32,000 nt of DNA. It comes from Halalkalibacterium halodurans (lineage in GTDB: Bacteria > Bacillota > Bacilli > Bacillales > Bacillaceae_D). The first letter of the stretch is position 1. Each line of letters begins with the position of its first letter. The stretch lies in NCBI RefSeq assembly GCF_004376175.1, contig NZ_SNUY01000002.1, forward strand, positions 73,051-105,050, written 5' to 3'. Positions 1-8,692 of this stretch are shown in pieces. The notes beneath the pieces were generated by a model. It saw only the letters and a program-made list of their open reading frames with translations, did not search any database and was not told the origin of the DNA. The position numbers were made by a program, and so were the translations under genes.

Positions 1-276
1 GAATTCAGTTCTGTCCTCGATTGTTTCGAAAAATCATTAGAGCAAGAAAAACTTGTGACAAAACAAATTTATGATCTATCCGATTTAGCATGGGATGCAC
101 GGGAGCATGCGACGATTAACTTCTTAAAATGGTTTATCGATGAACAAGTAGAAGAAGAGGACATGTTCGATACGATCATTCAAAAGCTCAAGCGGATCGA
201 TAATGACAGCAACGCCTTTTTCATGATGGACAACGAGTTTTCAAAACGATCCTTTAACCCAGAAGACGAAGCGTAA
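1..276 (+). CDS. Ferritin-like iron-storage protein, 3' portion (5' end lies upstream of the window)
   Basis: Frame 1 is open from nt 1 (EFSSVLDCFEKSLEQEKL...) into the listed 55..276 ORF. The C-terminal sequence FLKWFIDEQVEEEDMFDTIIQKLKRI...FFMMDNEF resembles the conserved C-terminal helices of bacterial non-haem ferritins. A hairpin terminator follows. Confidence 0.8.
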   Translation, partial: EFSSVLDCFEKSLEQEKLVTKQIYDLSDLAWDAREHATINFLKWFIDEQVEEEDMFDTIIQKLKRIDNDSNAFFMMDNEFSKRSFNPEDEA

Positions 277-285
277 GGATAAGAC

Positions 286-318
286 AAGTCACTGTGAAAA
301 CAGTGGCTTTGCTTTTTA
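286..318 (+). terminator. Rho-independent terminator after the ferritin-like gene
   Basis: A 10-bp stem, aagtcactgt (286-295) / acagtggctt (300-309), with one G-U pair and a gaaa loop, followed by tgcttttt. Confidence 0.6.
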
Positions 319-536
319 TCAGTAAAGTGCGCTTCGCTTTCTCGTATAAATATGAATTCTTCAAGAGTTTGAGGTAACTAGAAAGACGAATGAACATAAA
401 AGAACAGAGACTACATTCACCATGTCCTGTGGAAACGCCTGTGTAAACCCGCATCACAATCCGATTGGTTTAACTAACATTTTGTCAGGGAGGATAAAAC
501 TCTCCACTGAATGAAGTTTCACTTTATCGTTTTTAG

Positions 537-566
537 TTGACGGATGGGCTTGTCTCCACTTAAGAT
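537..566 (+). promoter_or_regulatory. Candidate sigma-A promoter for the ABC exporter pair
   Basis: TTGACG (537-542), an 18-nt spacer, then TAAGAT (561-566), about 65 nt upstream of the likely start at 631. Confidence 0.4.
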
Positions 567-630
567 ATTGTTTAGTCTTTCGAAATTTTCGTTTCACGAA
601 GAGAATAATATGGAAGACCTTAGGGGTGGT

Positions 631-2379
631 ATGATGGACACATTTAAACGGTTGGCTCAATTTTATTGGCCGTATCGACGCTATTTTTATTGGTCGCTGT
701 TTGCGATGGGTGTGATGACACTAATGACGGTCCTCTATCCAATCATTTTGCAATTTACGATTGACAACGCTGTCATTGGTGGGAGGTACGACCTTATTCC
801 ATGGCTTGCTCTAGCTTTGATTATCGTCATGGGATTTAAAGGGGTGATGGTGTACATTCATCAATATTTAGGTGACTTATTTGGTGTGACCGCTGTCTAT
901 CGATTGCGAAATTCTTTGTATGAAAAGCTGCAATATCTTCCGTTTCGTTACTATGATAATGCGAAGACGGGTGATTTAATGTCTCGTTTGACGGGAGATG
1001 TGGAGACATTTCGTTTTTTCCTTTCCTTTGGATTTGCCCAGTTCATTCAATTTATTTTACTCGTAAGCTTCAGTATGGGTGTAATGTTATACTATTCCGT
1101 TCCATTAACATTGGCGACAATGTGTACCCTTCCTTTTTTAGCGATTGTTGTTGCCAAATTTGATCGCCGGGTTCATCCAGGATTTCGTGACATTCGCAAG
1201 TCGCTTGCCAAACTAAACACGAAAGTTCAAGAAAATGTGAGTGGGATGAATACCGTAAAGGCTCTTTCTCAAGAAGATGAGGAGGTTTCTCGCTTCGAAA
1301 ACCGAAATGTCGATTATCGGCAGAAGCATTTAGATATTGCGAGAGTATGGGGAAATTATTTTCCGCTCATGGAGTTTATCGGGAACCTTTCTGCGGTCTT
1401 TTTGCTTTCTTTTGGTGGATATCTCGTCATTACAGGTAGCATGCAGACCGGACAACTTGTTGCATTTTTTAGTTTAGTCTGGTACATCATCGGACCGATC
1501 ATGAACTTAGGTTTTATTATTAACACGTTTTCCCAATCGAAAGCGAGTGGAGAACGCCTGCTTGAAATTCTCGATGAAGAAAATCGAGTGGATGAAGGAA
1601 AGGATGAACGCACTAGTCTACAAGGTTCTGTTACGTTCCGAGATGTCTGTTTAAACTACCGAGGAGCTGAAACACCCGCTCTGCAAAATGTGTCATTCGA
1701 AGCCCCTGCTGGGAAGACGATCGGGCTCGTAGGGGCAACAGGATCGGGCAAAACGAGTATTGTCCAGTTAGTTAATCGATTTTATGAACGAACGAGCGGA
1801 GAGATTTTAATCGATGGGAAGCCGATTGAATCTTATCCTCTAGAGACGCTCCGTTCACAAATCGGTGTCGTCCTACAGGAGTCTTTCCTCTTTTCGTCGA
1901 CGATTCGCGATAACATTGCCTATGGGCGTCCTGATGTATCGATGAAAGAAATTATTGCTGCAGCTAGGCGTGCCCAAGCCCATGATTTTATCGCGGAACT
2001 ACCAGATGGCTATGATACAGTGCTCGGTGAACGGGGACTTGGCCTGTCAGGGGGGCAGAAACAGCGGATTGCCATTGCACGTGCGATTCTAATGAATCCG
2101 AGCATTTTAATTTTGGACGATGCCACAAGTGCTGTTGATATGAAAACCGAGCACAAAATCCAAGCGGCCTTTCGTGAAGTGATGAAAGGCAGAACGACGT
2201 TTATCATTGCTCATCGGATTTCTTCTGTTAAGCAAGCTGATGAGATTCTCGTTCTTGATGGGGGCAAGGTATGTGAGCGCGGAACCCATCACACATTGCT
2301 ACAAAATAAAAAGGGACTCTATCGACGAATCTATGATATTCAAAGCAAAGATCAAGAATATGTGTTGCAGCACGCATAG
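631..2379 (+). CDS. ABC exporter, fused permease/ATPase, subunit 1 of a heterodimer (BmrC/YheI-like); carries the degenerate Walker B
   Basis: The N-terminal half is hydrophobic, consistent with a type-I exporter transmembrane domain. Motifs are Walker A GATGSGKTS, signature LSGGQKQR, Walker B ILILDDATS (Asp replaces the catalytic Glu) and H-loop IIAHR. The listed ORF starts at 544, but the homologous N-terminus (MMDTFKRLAQFYWPYRRY) begins at ATG 631/634, preceded by aggggtgg. ATG 610 is an alternative. Confidence 0.9.
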   Translation: MMDTFKRLAQFYWPYRRYFYWSLFAMGVMTLMTVLYPIILQFTIDNAVIGGRYDLIPWLALALIIVMGFKGVMVYIHQYLGDLFGVTAVYRLRNSLYEKLQYLPFRYYDNAKTGDLMSRLTGDVETFRFFLSFGFAQFIQFILLVSFSMGVMLYYSVPLTLATMCTLPFLAIVVAKFDRRVHPGFRDIRKSLAKLNTKVQENVSGMNTVKALSQEDEEVSRFENRNVDYRQKHLDIARVWGNYFPLMEFIGNLSAVFLLSFGGYLVITGSMQTGQLVAFFSLVWYIIGPIMNLGFIINTFSQSKASGERLLEILDEENRVDEGKDERTSLQGSVTFRDVCLNYRGAETPALQNVSFEAPAGKTIGLVGATGSGKTSIVQLVNRFYERTSGEILIDGKPIESYPLETLRSQIGVVLQESFLFSSTIRDNIAYGRPDVSMKEIIAAARRAQAHDFIAELPDGYDTVLGERGLGLSGGQKQRIAIARAILMNPSILILDDATSAVDMKTEHKIQAAFREVMKGRTTFIIAHRISSVKQADEILVLDGGKVCERGTHHTLLQNKKGLYRRIYDIQSKDQEYVLQHA

Positions 2380-2394
2380 AGAGAGGAGAGAAAG

Positions 2395-4200
2395 ATGTCA
2401 GAAGGAAAACGTAGAGCTCGCTTTCATTATGCGAGCGATCAAGTGATTGAGAAACCATTTAACTGGGCACAGATGATGCGCTTGCTTACGTATATGAAGC
2501 CATATGCAGTATCACTGCTTCCGAAAACGATTGTTGCGATGCTGATCGTGACCGCAGTTCGGCTGTTCGTGCCGATCATCATTGGTGTGTTAGCGATTGA
2601 TCATGCGATTGCTGCAGGGGATCTGAACGTCATGTATCAGTTGGCAGCTCTTGTTTTAGGGTTGTACAGTATTTCATATGTGGCAAACGTGTTCCGAATT
2701 CGCTGGATGAATGAGATCGGACAGCATGTGATTTATGATATTCGCGCTGATCTGTTTAATCATATCCAACGTCTCTCCCACCGTTTTTTTGATCAACGTT
2801 CGGCAGGGTCCATTCTTGTCCGAGTCGTCAATGATGTGAACTCGTTGCAGGATCTATTTACGAACGGGGTTATCAACTTATTGATGGATATCGTCATTCT
2901 GCTCGGAATTATCGTGATTTTGTTCTCGTTAAGTCCAGAGCTGGCGATTTTAATCTTAATCGTCCTGCCGATTATGTTTTTCATATCAACGAAGCTACGG
3001 AGAAACATTCGCAGATCGTGGCAGACGGTGCGTCTCCGTCAATCAAAGCTCAATTCTCATTTAAATGAAAGCATTCAAGGCATTCGTGTCACTCAAGCCT
3101 TTTCACAAGAAAAAGAAAATATGCGTTTTTTTCGTGACATCAACGAGGAAAACTTTCAATCTTGGAAAGACGCCACGAGAATGAATGCATTATTCAGGCC
3201 GTTTGTGGAGATGGCGAGTGCGATCGGGGCCGTTGTCCTCATTTGGTATGGGGTGAGCTTGATCCAGTCGGAGGTACTAACGGTTGGGGTGTTCGTCTCC
3301 TTTGCATTCTACTTAGGGATGTTCTGGGAGCCAATCTCAAGGCTTGGGCAAGTATACAACCAACTGCTTGTCGGGATGGCTTCGTCCGAACGGATTTTTG
3401 AATTTTTAGATGAAAGGCCATCGGTTCCAGAAAAAGAGAATGCGGTCACCTTACATGGGATGCGTGGTCATGTGACGTTTGAACAGGTGGAATTTTCGTA
3501 TGATGACAAACGGAAGGCATTAAATGACATCAGTTTCGAAATAAAAGCAGGGCAAACCATTGCCCTTGTAGGTCATACAGGTTCAGGGAAATCAACGATT
3601 GTCAATTTAATTAGCCGCTTCTATGACCCAACGGCCGGTATCGTCAAAATTGACGGTGTGGACTTGCGTGACATTCAGCTGAATAGCCTTCGAACAAATG
3701 TGAGCTTTGTGTTGCAAGATACGTTCATTTTCGCCGGCACAATTATGGAAAACATTCGGTTCGGCCGGCCGACAGCGACCGACGAAGAAGTAAAGGCCGC
3801 AGCAGAAGCGATCGGGGCAAATGATTTTATTGAACGCTTGCCAAACGGATACGACACCGAAGTGGAGGAAAAAGGAAATGTTCTTTCGGTTGGTGAACGG
3901 CAGCTACTTTCCTTTGCTCGTGCACTATTAGCCGATCCGAAAATTTTGATTTTAGATGAGGCGACCGCAAGCATTGATACTGAAACCGAATTGAAAATTC
4001 AAGCTGGTTTAAAGAAACTACTTCACGATCGGACGGCCATTATGATTGCCCATCGGTTGTCAACCATTCGTGATGCCGATCAAATCATCGTGCTCGAGCA
4101 AGGGGATATTATTGAGCAGGGAACACATAGTGAATTAATGGACGCTCGTGGAACGTATTACGGTCTAGTAAAAGCACAATATGAAGCATCGGCTGGCTAG
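2395..4200 (+). CDS. ABC exporter, fused permease/ATPase, subunit 2 of a heterodimer (BmrD/YheH-like); carries the degenerate signature motif
   Basis: RBS gagaggagag lies upstream, 15 nt after the stop of subunit 1. Motifs are Walker A GHTGSGKST, a non-canonical signature LSVGERQ (3883..3903), canonical Walker B ILILDEATAS and H-loop MIAHR. Confidence 0.92.
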   Translation: MSEGKRRARFHYASDQVIEKPFNWAQMMRLLTYMKPYAVSLLPKTIVAMLIVTAVRLFVPIIIGVLAIDHAIAAGDLNVMYQLAALVLGLYSISYVANVFRIRWMNEIGQHVIYDIRADLFNHIQRLSHRFFDQRSAGSILVRVVNDVNSLQDLFTNGVINLLMDIVILLGIIVILFSLSPELAILILIVLPIMFFISTKLRRNIRRSWQTVRLRQSKLNSHLNESIQGIRVTQAFSQEKENMRFFRDINEENFQSWKDATRMNALFRPFVEMASAIGAVVLIWYGVSLIQSEVLTVGVFVSFAFYLGMFWEPISRLGQVYNQLLVGMASSERIFEFLDERPSVPEKENAVTLHGMRGHVTFEQVEFSYDDKRKALNDISFEIKAGQTIALVGHTGSGKSTIVNLISRFYDPTAGIVKIDGVDLRDIQLNSLRTNVSFVLQDTFIFAGTIMENIRFGRPTATDEEVKAAAEAIGANDFIERLPNGYDTEVEEKGNVLSVGERQLLSFARALLADPKILILDEATASIDTETELKIQAGLKKLLHDRTAIMIAHRLSTIRDADQIIVLEQGDIIEQGTHSELMDARGTYYGLVKAQYEASAG

Positions 4201-4202
4201 TA

Positions 4203-4240
4203 GACAGACTAGGGATTCTCCCTAGTCTGTCGCTGTTTCT
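4203..4240 (+). terminator. Terminator of the ABC exporter operon
   Basis: A perfect 13-bp stem, gacagactaggga (4203-4215) / tccctagtctgtc (4219-4231), with a 3-nt loop. The downstream T tract (gctgtttct) is only moderate. Confidence 0.7.
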
Positions 4241-4314
4241 AACAGGGCGAATGCTGAGTGAGAATAAAGAATCATAAAGTTCTCATAAAATCATAAAAAT
4301 TGCGATAAAAACGG

Positions 4315-4345
4315 TTGACATTTTACTGGAACGGAGTAGTATAAA
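4315..4345 (+). promoter_or_regulatory. Candidate sigma-A promoter for the aminotransferase gene
   Basis: Perfect -35 TTGACA (4315-4320). The -10 is ambiguous: TAGTAT at 4337-4342 (16-nt spacer) or TATAAA at 4340-4345 (19-nt spacer). An AT-rich region with three TCATAAA repeats lies upstream. Confidence 0.4.
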
Positions 4346-4383
4346 GTTAACTTTCAAAAAATTAAGTCTATTGGGGTGTCATC

Positions 4384-5586
4384 ATGAAATATGCATTTGC
4401 GAAGCGGGTCCGCCATCTACATTCATCTGCCGTACGAGATATTTTAAAAGTCGTTAACCAACAAGGGGTGATTTCCTTTGCTGGAGGCTTGCCTGACGAT
4501 GAGTTATTTCCGCTCGAGGCAATGGAGGATGCCTTTTCGCGGGTATTTGCCACAGGAAAAAAATCCATGCAGTATTCTGAAACGGAAGGCTTTCTCCCAT
4601 TGAGAGAGCTCATACTCGAACGAATGGGTCGCAAGGGAATCCGATCATACAGTGAAAGAAATGTCCTGATCACGACAGGTTCCCAGCAAGCGATCGATTT
4701 ATTTTCTCGTGTCATGTTTAATCCAGGGGATGTCGTATTGACGGAAGATCCAACTTATTTAGCTGCGCTTCAAGTGTTTGAATCCTATGAAGCTGAGATT
4801 GTTCCAGTTGCTTCGGATGATGAAGGGATGATCCCAGAAGATTTGGAGCAAAAAATGAAGCAGCATAAGCCGAAATGCGTCTATGTTGTACCGACGTTTT
4901 CCAATCCTGCTGGACGTGTTTGGTCGTTAGAGCGTCGCAAACATTTATTGAATATGGCTCATAAGCATCATGTTCTTATTTTTGAAGACGATCCTTATGG
5001 GGACATTCAATTTAATCAAGAGGAGACATACGTCCCGCTCGCAGCCATGGATACCGGTTCACACGTTCTCTATACGAGTACGTTCTCGAAAACGGCGGTT
5101 CCAGCGCTGCGCACAGGCTGGATTACTGGACCATTTCAAGTCGTACGAATGATGGCCCAAGCAAAGCAAGCGAATGACCTTCATTCAAACTCATTATCCC
5201 AGCAAGCTTTATACCAATTGTTTACTCACCACGATATGGACGGGCATATCCAACGTCTCATTGAGGTATATCGTTCGCGAAAAGATGTCATGATCAAAAC
5301 CTTACAGGGTGCCGATATTCCAGGACTCCGTTTTGTGGAACCAAAAGGAGGAATGTTTCTTTGGGCAGAACTAGATGAGGCCATCAATACATCGTTGCTC
5401 ATTAAAGAAGCTGTGGCAAAAGGAATGGCGTATGTCCCTGGGGAACCGTTCTACGCTGGTGTGCCAAAATACAATACGTTAAGATTAAATTTCACGCACT
5501 CGACTCCTGAGAAAATCGAAAAAGGAATCGGTATCTTTGCCGACGTGGTTCACAAAGAGATGGAATCTGTGGCTATGTACACATAA
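4384..5586 (+). CDS. PLP-dependent aminotransferase, class I/II (ARO8/LysN/2-aminoadipate-transaminase-like, no HTH domain)
   Basis: The N-terminus ...SSAVRDILKVVNQQGVISFAGGLPDDELFP is typical of this subfamily. Other marks are TTGSQQAIDL, the PTFSNPAG motif and the PLP-lysine context STFSKTAVPALRTGW. RBS ggggtg lies 5 nt upstream. Confidence 0.9.
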   Translation: MKYAFAKRVRHLHSSAVRDILKVVNQQGVISFAGGLPDDELFPLEAMEDAFSRVFATGKKSMQYSETEGFLPLRELILERMGRKGIRSYSERNVLITTGSQQAIDLFSRVMFNPGDVVLTEDPTYLAALQVFESYEAEIVPVASDDEGMIPEDLEQKMKQHKPKCVYVVPTFSNPAGRVWSLERRKHLLNMAHKHHVLIFEDDPYGDIQFNQEETYVPLAAMDTGSHVLYTSTFSKTAVPALRTGWITGPFQVVRMMAQAKQANDLHSNSLSQQALYQLFTHHDMDGHIQRLIEVYRSRKDVMIKTLQGADIPGLRFVEPKGGMFLWAELDEAINTSLLIKEAVAKGMAYVPGEPFYAGVPKYNTLRLNFTHSTPEKIEKGIGIFADVVHKEMESVAMYT

Positions 5587-5599
5587 AAAGCAAGAAAAT

Positions 5600-5636
5600 A
5601 ATCCCGTATCATCTTAGTTCAAGATGGTACGGGATT
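5600..5636. terminator. Bidirectional terminator between the convergent aminotransferase and NSS transporter genes
   Basis: A 16-bp stem, aatcccgtatcatctt / aagatggtacgggatt (one G-U pair), with loop agttc. It is flanked by an A-rich run upstream and a T-rich run downstream. Confidence 0.8.
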
Positions 5637-5649
5637 TGCTTTGTATCAA

Positions 5650-7011
5650 TTAATTAAAAAAGATTTGGAATGCACTTAAAAAGACGATTAAGATCGCAAT
5701 TGGTGCAATAAAGCGAAGGGAAAGAATCCAAAGCTTACCCCAAACGCTATCAGTTAAGTCTGATTCTGCAAGGGCGTCTGATGTTTTCCAGCCCCATCCG
5801 ATGAATAGAGCGATAATCATTCCACCTAATGGAAGGAAGACACTGGACGCGATAAAGTCAACAGAGTCAAAAATGTTCAAGCCAGGAATGATGGTGACTT
5901 CACCTAAAACGCCAAAGCTTAACGATGACGGGATGCCTAACAGTGTGATGATCACACCGAGAGTAATTGCAGCCTGTTTACGTGACCAGTCGAATTTACG
6001 CATGAAATAAGCGACGGGTACTTCTAACAGCGAGACAGCTGATGAAAGAGCAGCTGCCCCTAACAGAATAAAGAAGGCAATCCCAACGATTGGGCCTAGG
6101 CGAATCGAATCAAAAATATCAGGTAGTACGACGAATACGAGTCCTGGCCCGCCACTAGGGCTTAGCCCTAAGGCGAAAACAGCAGGGAAAATCATAATAC
6201 CAGCAATGATTGCAAAGGCGGTGTCGAGACCAGCGACACTAACAGCAGCCCCTGGCAAACGGCTATCTTTTGAAACATAGCTTCCATAGGTGATTAACGC
6301 ACCCATCCCAAGGCTGAGGGTAAAGAACGCTTGGGAGATTGCGGCAAGATACACCCCTGGATCTTTTAAGGCGCTCCAATCTGGTGAGAATAAGAACGCT
6401 AATCCTTCTTTTGCTCCGCCGAGCGTTAAGCTGTAAATCGCTAGAGCGATAAGGAGCACACCGAGCAGCGGCATTAAAATTTTGTTTGAGCGTTCAATTC
6501 CTTTTTTCACGCCAATTGCGACAATCCAGATCGTCGCAATCATGAACAACGCTTGCCAGAAAAGCGGGAGTGTCGGATTGGCAATAAAGCCTTCAAAGAA
6601 ACCTCCAAAGCCTTCAGCAGGTGCTGACCAAAGTTGCCCAGTGATGTAATTAAACAAATAAAACAAAATCCAACCAGCAATAACACCGTAAAAAGATAGG
6701 ATAAGAAAACCAGCAGCAACCCCCATAAGACCAGCCACTTTCCACGGCTTTCCAGGTGCTAACTTTTCAAATGAGCCCACAGCGTCGGATTGAGCACGTC
6801 GACCGATTGTAAATTCAGCAAGAACAATAGGGATACCAATAAGTGCGATAAATCCTAAATAAACGAGTAGAAAGGCTGCTCCTCCATTTTCACCAGTTAC
6901 ATACGAGAAGCGCCATATATTTCCTAAGCCGACAGCAGAGCCCATCGCAGCTAAAATGAAGCCTAGTCGGGAGGCCCACTGCTCACGGCCTGTTTGTTGC
7001 TTTAATGACAC
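5650..7011 (-). CDS. Sodium-dependent transporter of the NSS/SNF (neurotransmitter:sodium symporter) family, probable amino-acid uptake
   Basis: Carries the NSS hallmark N-terminus WASRLGFILAAMGSAVGLGNIWRFSYVTGENGGAAFL and is hydrophobic throughout, consistent with a polytopic membrane protein. It has a GTG start with RBS aaaggagg 8 nt upstream. Confidence 0.92.
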   Translation of the reverse strand: MSLKQQTGREQWASRLGFILAAMGSAVGLGNIWRFSYVTGENGGAAFLLVYLGFIALIGIPIVLAEFTIGRRAQSDAVGSFEKLAPGKPWKVAGLMGVAAGFLILSFYGVIAGWILFYLFNYITGQLWSAPAEGFGGFFEGFIANPTLPLFWQALFMIATIWIVAIGVKKGIERSNKILMPLLGVLLIALAIYSLTLGGAKEGLAFLFSPDWSALKDPGVYLAAISQAFFTLSLGMGALITYGSYVSKDSRLPGAAVSVAGLDTAFAIIAGIMIFPAVFALGLSPSGGPGLVFVVLPDIFDSIRLGPIVGIAFFILLGAAALSSAVSLLEVPVAYFMRKFDWSRKQAAITLGVIITLLGIPSSLSFGVLGEVTIIPGLNIFDSVDFIASSVFLPLGGMIIALFIGWGWKTSDALAESDLTDSVWGKLWILSLRFIAPIAILIVFLSAFQIFFN

Positions 7012-7079
7012 AACGTATTCCTCCTTTAAATGATTAAAATCTGAATAAGCGATATTACTATAACATATCTTTCAGGCAG

Positions 7080-7107
7080 TGTATAGAGAATTTTCTGATA
7101 CATTCAA
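7080..7107 (-). promoter_or_regulatory. Candidate sigma-A promoter of the NSS transporter gene
   Basis: On the minus strand: TTGAAT (7107-7102), a 16-nt spacer, then TATACA (7085-7080). The spacer overlaps the CodY-box-like sequence. Confidence 0.35.
7089..7103. promoter_or_regulatory. CodY-box-like motif in the divergent NSS/iadA intergenic region
   Basis: AATTTTCTGATACAT matches the consensus AATTTTCWGAAAATT at 12 of 15 positions, with the first 10 perfect. Confidence 0.35.
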
Positions 7108-7211
7108 CTGGAATACGAGGAAAATTTTATAAGGATAATATTTACCTATCATAGCAAAGGACGAATGACTAAGGTATGATGAGAAAAATGAATAAAAAAA
7201 GGGGCGATAAC

Positions 7212-8387
7212 ATGTATACCCTCATTAAAAACAGTGAAGTTTATACGCCAACTTATATTGGGAAAAAAGATATGTTAATCGTAGGAGATCGGATTGAGGC
7301 AATTGAAGATGAAATTGAACTAACGGGAAAAGGATGGGAAGGAACCGTCGTGAATGGAGAAGACATGGTCGTCATTCCAGGACTGATCGATAGTCATGTG
7401 CATATCATTGGCGGTGGTGGGGAAGGAGGTTATAAGACGCGAACTCCTGAATTGACATTAACTGATGCGACAACAGCGGGAGTGACGACCGTTGTCGGTG
7501 TGATAGGAACAGATGGCACGACACGGACGATGCCTGACTTGATTGCGAAGGCACATGCTCTTGAGGAAGAGGGAGTTAGCTGTTTCGTCCTTGTAGGCTC
7601 GTATCAACTTCCCATAAAGACATTAACCGGTACGCTTCAAAGTGACTTGCTATTAATCGATAAAATCATCGGTGTCGGTGAAATTGCCATTTCTGATCAT
7701 CGTTCTTCTCAACCGACGATTCAAGAATTAACGAGGGTAGCAGCAGAAGCGAGAGTGGGCGGAATGCTTGCAGGAAAAGGGGGGATTGTCAACATTCACG
7801 TTGGGGATAGTCCAGAGAAATTGAGGCTGTTAGAGGAAGTAGTGGCTACCTCAGACGTACCAGTTACACAATTTCTCCCCACCCATATTAATCGAAATCA
7901 AGACTTGTTTTGGGCAGGTGTCGAGTATGCAAAAAAAGGTGGAATCGTAGACTTTACAACAAGCTCGATCCCTCAATTTCGCAAAGAAGGTGAAATAAAG
8001 CCGAGCACAGGGTTAAAAATGATGTTAGAACAAGGTGTACCTCTTGAGAACATTACGTTTACATCCGATGCGCAAGGTTCCTTGCCAGCTTTTAATGAAA
8101 GTGGGGAATATCAAGGTTTACAAATTGGCAAAATGGCCTCCCTTTTTAGTGAAGTACGGGACGCGGTAATTGCAGAACAGCTTCCATTGGATGTTGTCCT
8201 TCATGTCGTAACGAAAAATCCTGCACGTGGATTAAAGCTCCGTAAAAAAGGGGAAATTCAGCCCGGATTTGATGCAGACCTCGTGATGATTGAGCGCGAT
8301 TCTTTCACGATCCACCACGTGTTTGCAAAAGGCCAGCATATGGTTCAGGAAGGGCAAGCCATCGTGAAAGGGACATTTGACATGTAG
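7212..8387 (+). CDS. iadA: Isoaspartyl (beta-aspartyl) dipeptidase
   Basis: Similar across its whole length to E. coli IadA as I recall it: PGLIDSHVHIIGGGGEGGYKTRTPE, ISDHRSS, LPTHINRN, and C-terminal GKGEIQPGFDADLVM...VKGTF. The start is moved to ATG 7212 (MYTLIKNSEVY), with RBS aaaaggggcg. The listed 7176 start adds a Lys-rich extension with no homology. Confidence 0.92.
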   Translation: MYTLIKNSEVYTPTYIGKKDMLIVGDRIEAIEDEIELTGKGWEGTVVNGEDMVVIPGLIDSHVHIIGGGGEGGYKTRTPELTLTDATTAGVTTVVGVIGTDGTTRTMPDLIAKAHALEEEGVSCFVLVGSYQLPIKTLTGTLQSDLLLIDKIIGVGEIAISDHRSSQPTIQELTRVAAEARVGGMLAGKGGIVNIHVGDSPEKLRLLEEVVATSDVPVTQFLPTHINRNQDLFWAGVEYAKKGGIVDFTTSSIPQFRKEGEIKPSTGLKMMLEQGVPLENITFTSDAQGSLPAFNESGEYQGLQIGKMASLFSEVRDAVIAEQLPLDVVLHVVTKNPARGLKLRKKGEIQPGFDADLVMIERDSFTIHHVFAKGQHMVQEGQAIVKGTFDM

Positions 8388-8391
8388 CAGT

Positions 8392-8421
8392 GAGTTGCAC
8401 GGACAAGTGCGGCTCTTTTTT
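8392..8421 (+). terminator. Rho-independent terminator after iadA
   Basis: A 9-bp stem, gaguugcac / gugcggcuc (two G-U pairs), with loop ggacaa, followed by tttttt. Confidence 0.75.
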
Positions 8422-8557
8422 GCTCATTTAGTAGGCACGATCATCCCATAATAATGTCAATCGTGCAACGAAGTCTGCTGCACTTAAAATGATAAGAAAA
8501 GCAGATAAGTCGAAGTCAGATCTTTATCGAGATAATAGTATGAATGTTAATAATATA

Positions 8558-8586
8558 TTGACATAATTCAGAATGAACGGTACGAT
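8558..8586 (+). promoter_or_regulatory. Candidate sigma-A promoter of the leucine/isovalerate catabolic operon
   Basis: TTGACA (8558-8563), a 17-nt spacer, then TACGAT (8581-8586). It lies about 105 nt upstream of the first gene and is the only good promoter-like sequence in the 8422..8692 gap. Confidence 0.55.
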
Positions 8587-8692
8587 TTTGGTAGCGCTTA
8601 CATCACTGTTCTTTTCTTCATTGTGCGATCATACATTTGTAACGGTACGTATGCGTTTAAATTGAGCGACCGTTCAGATTGGGGGAGATCGA

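Noticed and set aside
1-6. GAATTC (EcoRI site) exactly at the start of the window
   Set aside because: This is probably a cloning or record boundary or a coincidence, not a biological feature. It is noted only because it raises the chance that the MATE frameshift is a legacy sequencing error.
390-446. An 18-codon uORF (MNIKEQRLHSPCPVETPV), considered as a BmrB-like leader peptide for the ABC exporter
   Set aside because: It has no properly spaced RBS. It lies upstream of the only promoter-like sequence, and no alternative terminator/antiterminator structure follows it.
544-630. N-terminal extension of the first ABC exporter ORF (MGLSPLKILFSLSKFSFHEENNMEDLRGG)
   Set aside because: The extension has no resemblance to ABC exporter N-termini. 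The predicted promoter (537..566) overlaps it. The homologous sequence starts at the MM codons at 631/634, behind an aggggtgg RBS-like sequence.
8422-8692. Riboswitch or T-box in the long leader of the catabolic operon (also considered for the leaders at 4233..4383 and 28210..28287)
   Set aside because: I could not recognise a T-box specifier/antiterminator arrangement or conserved riboswitch core sequences by eye. The only notable structure is the short repeated motif reported as a finding.
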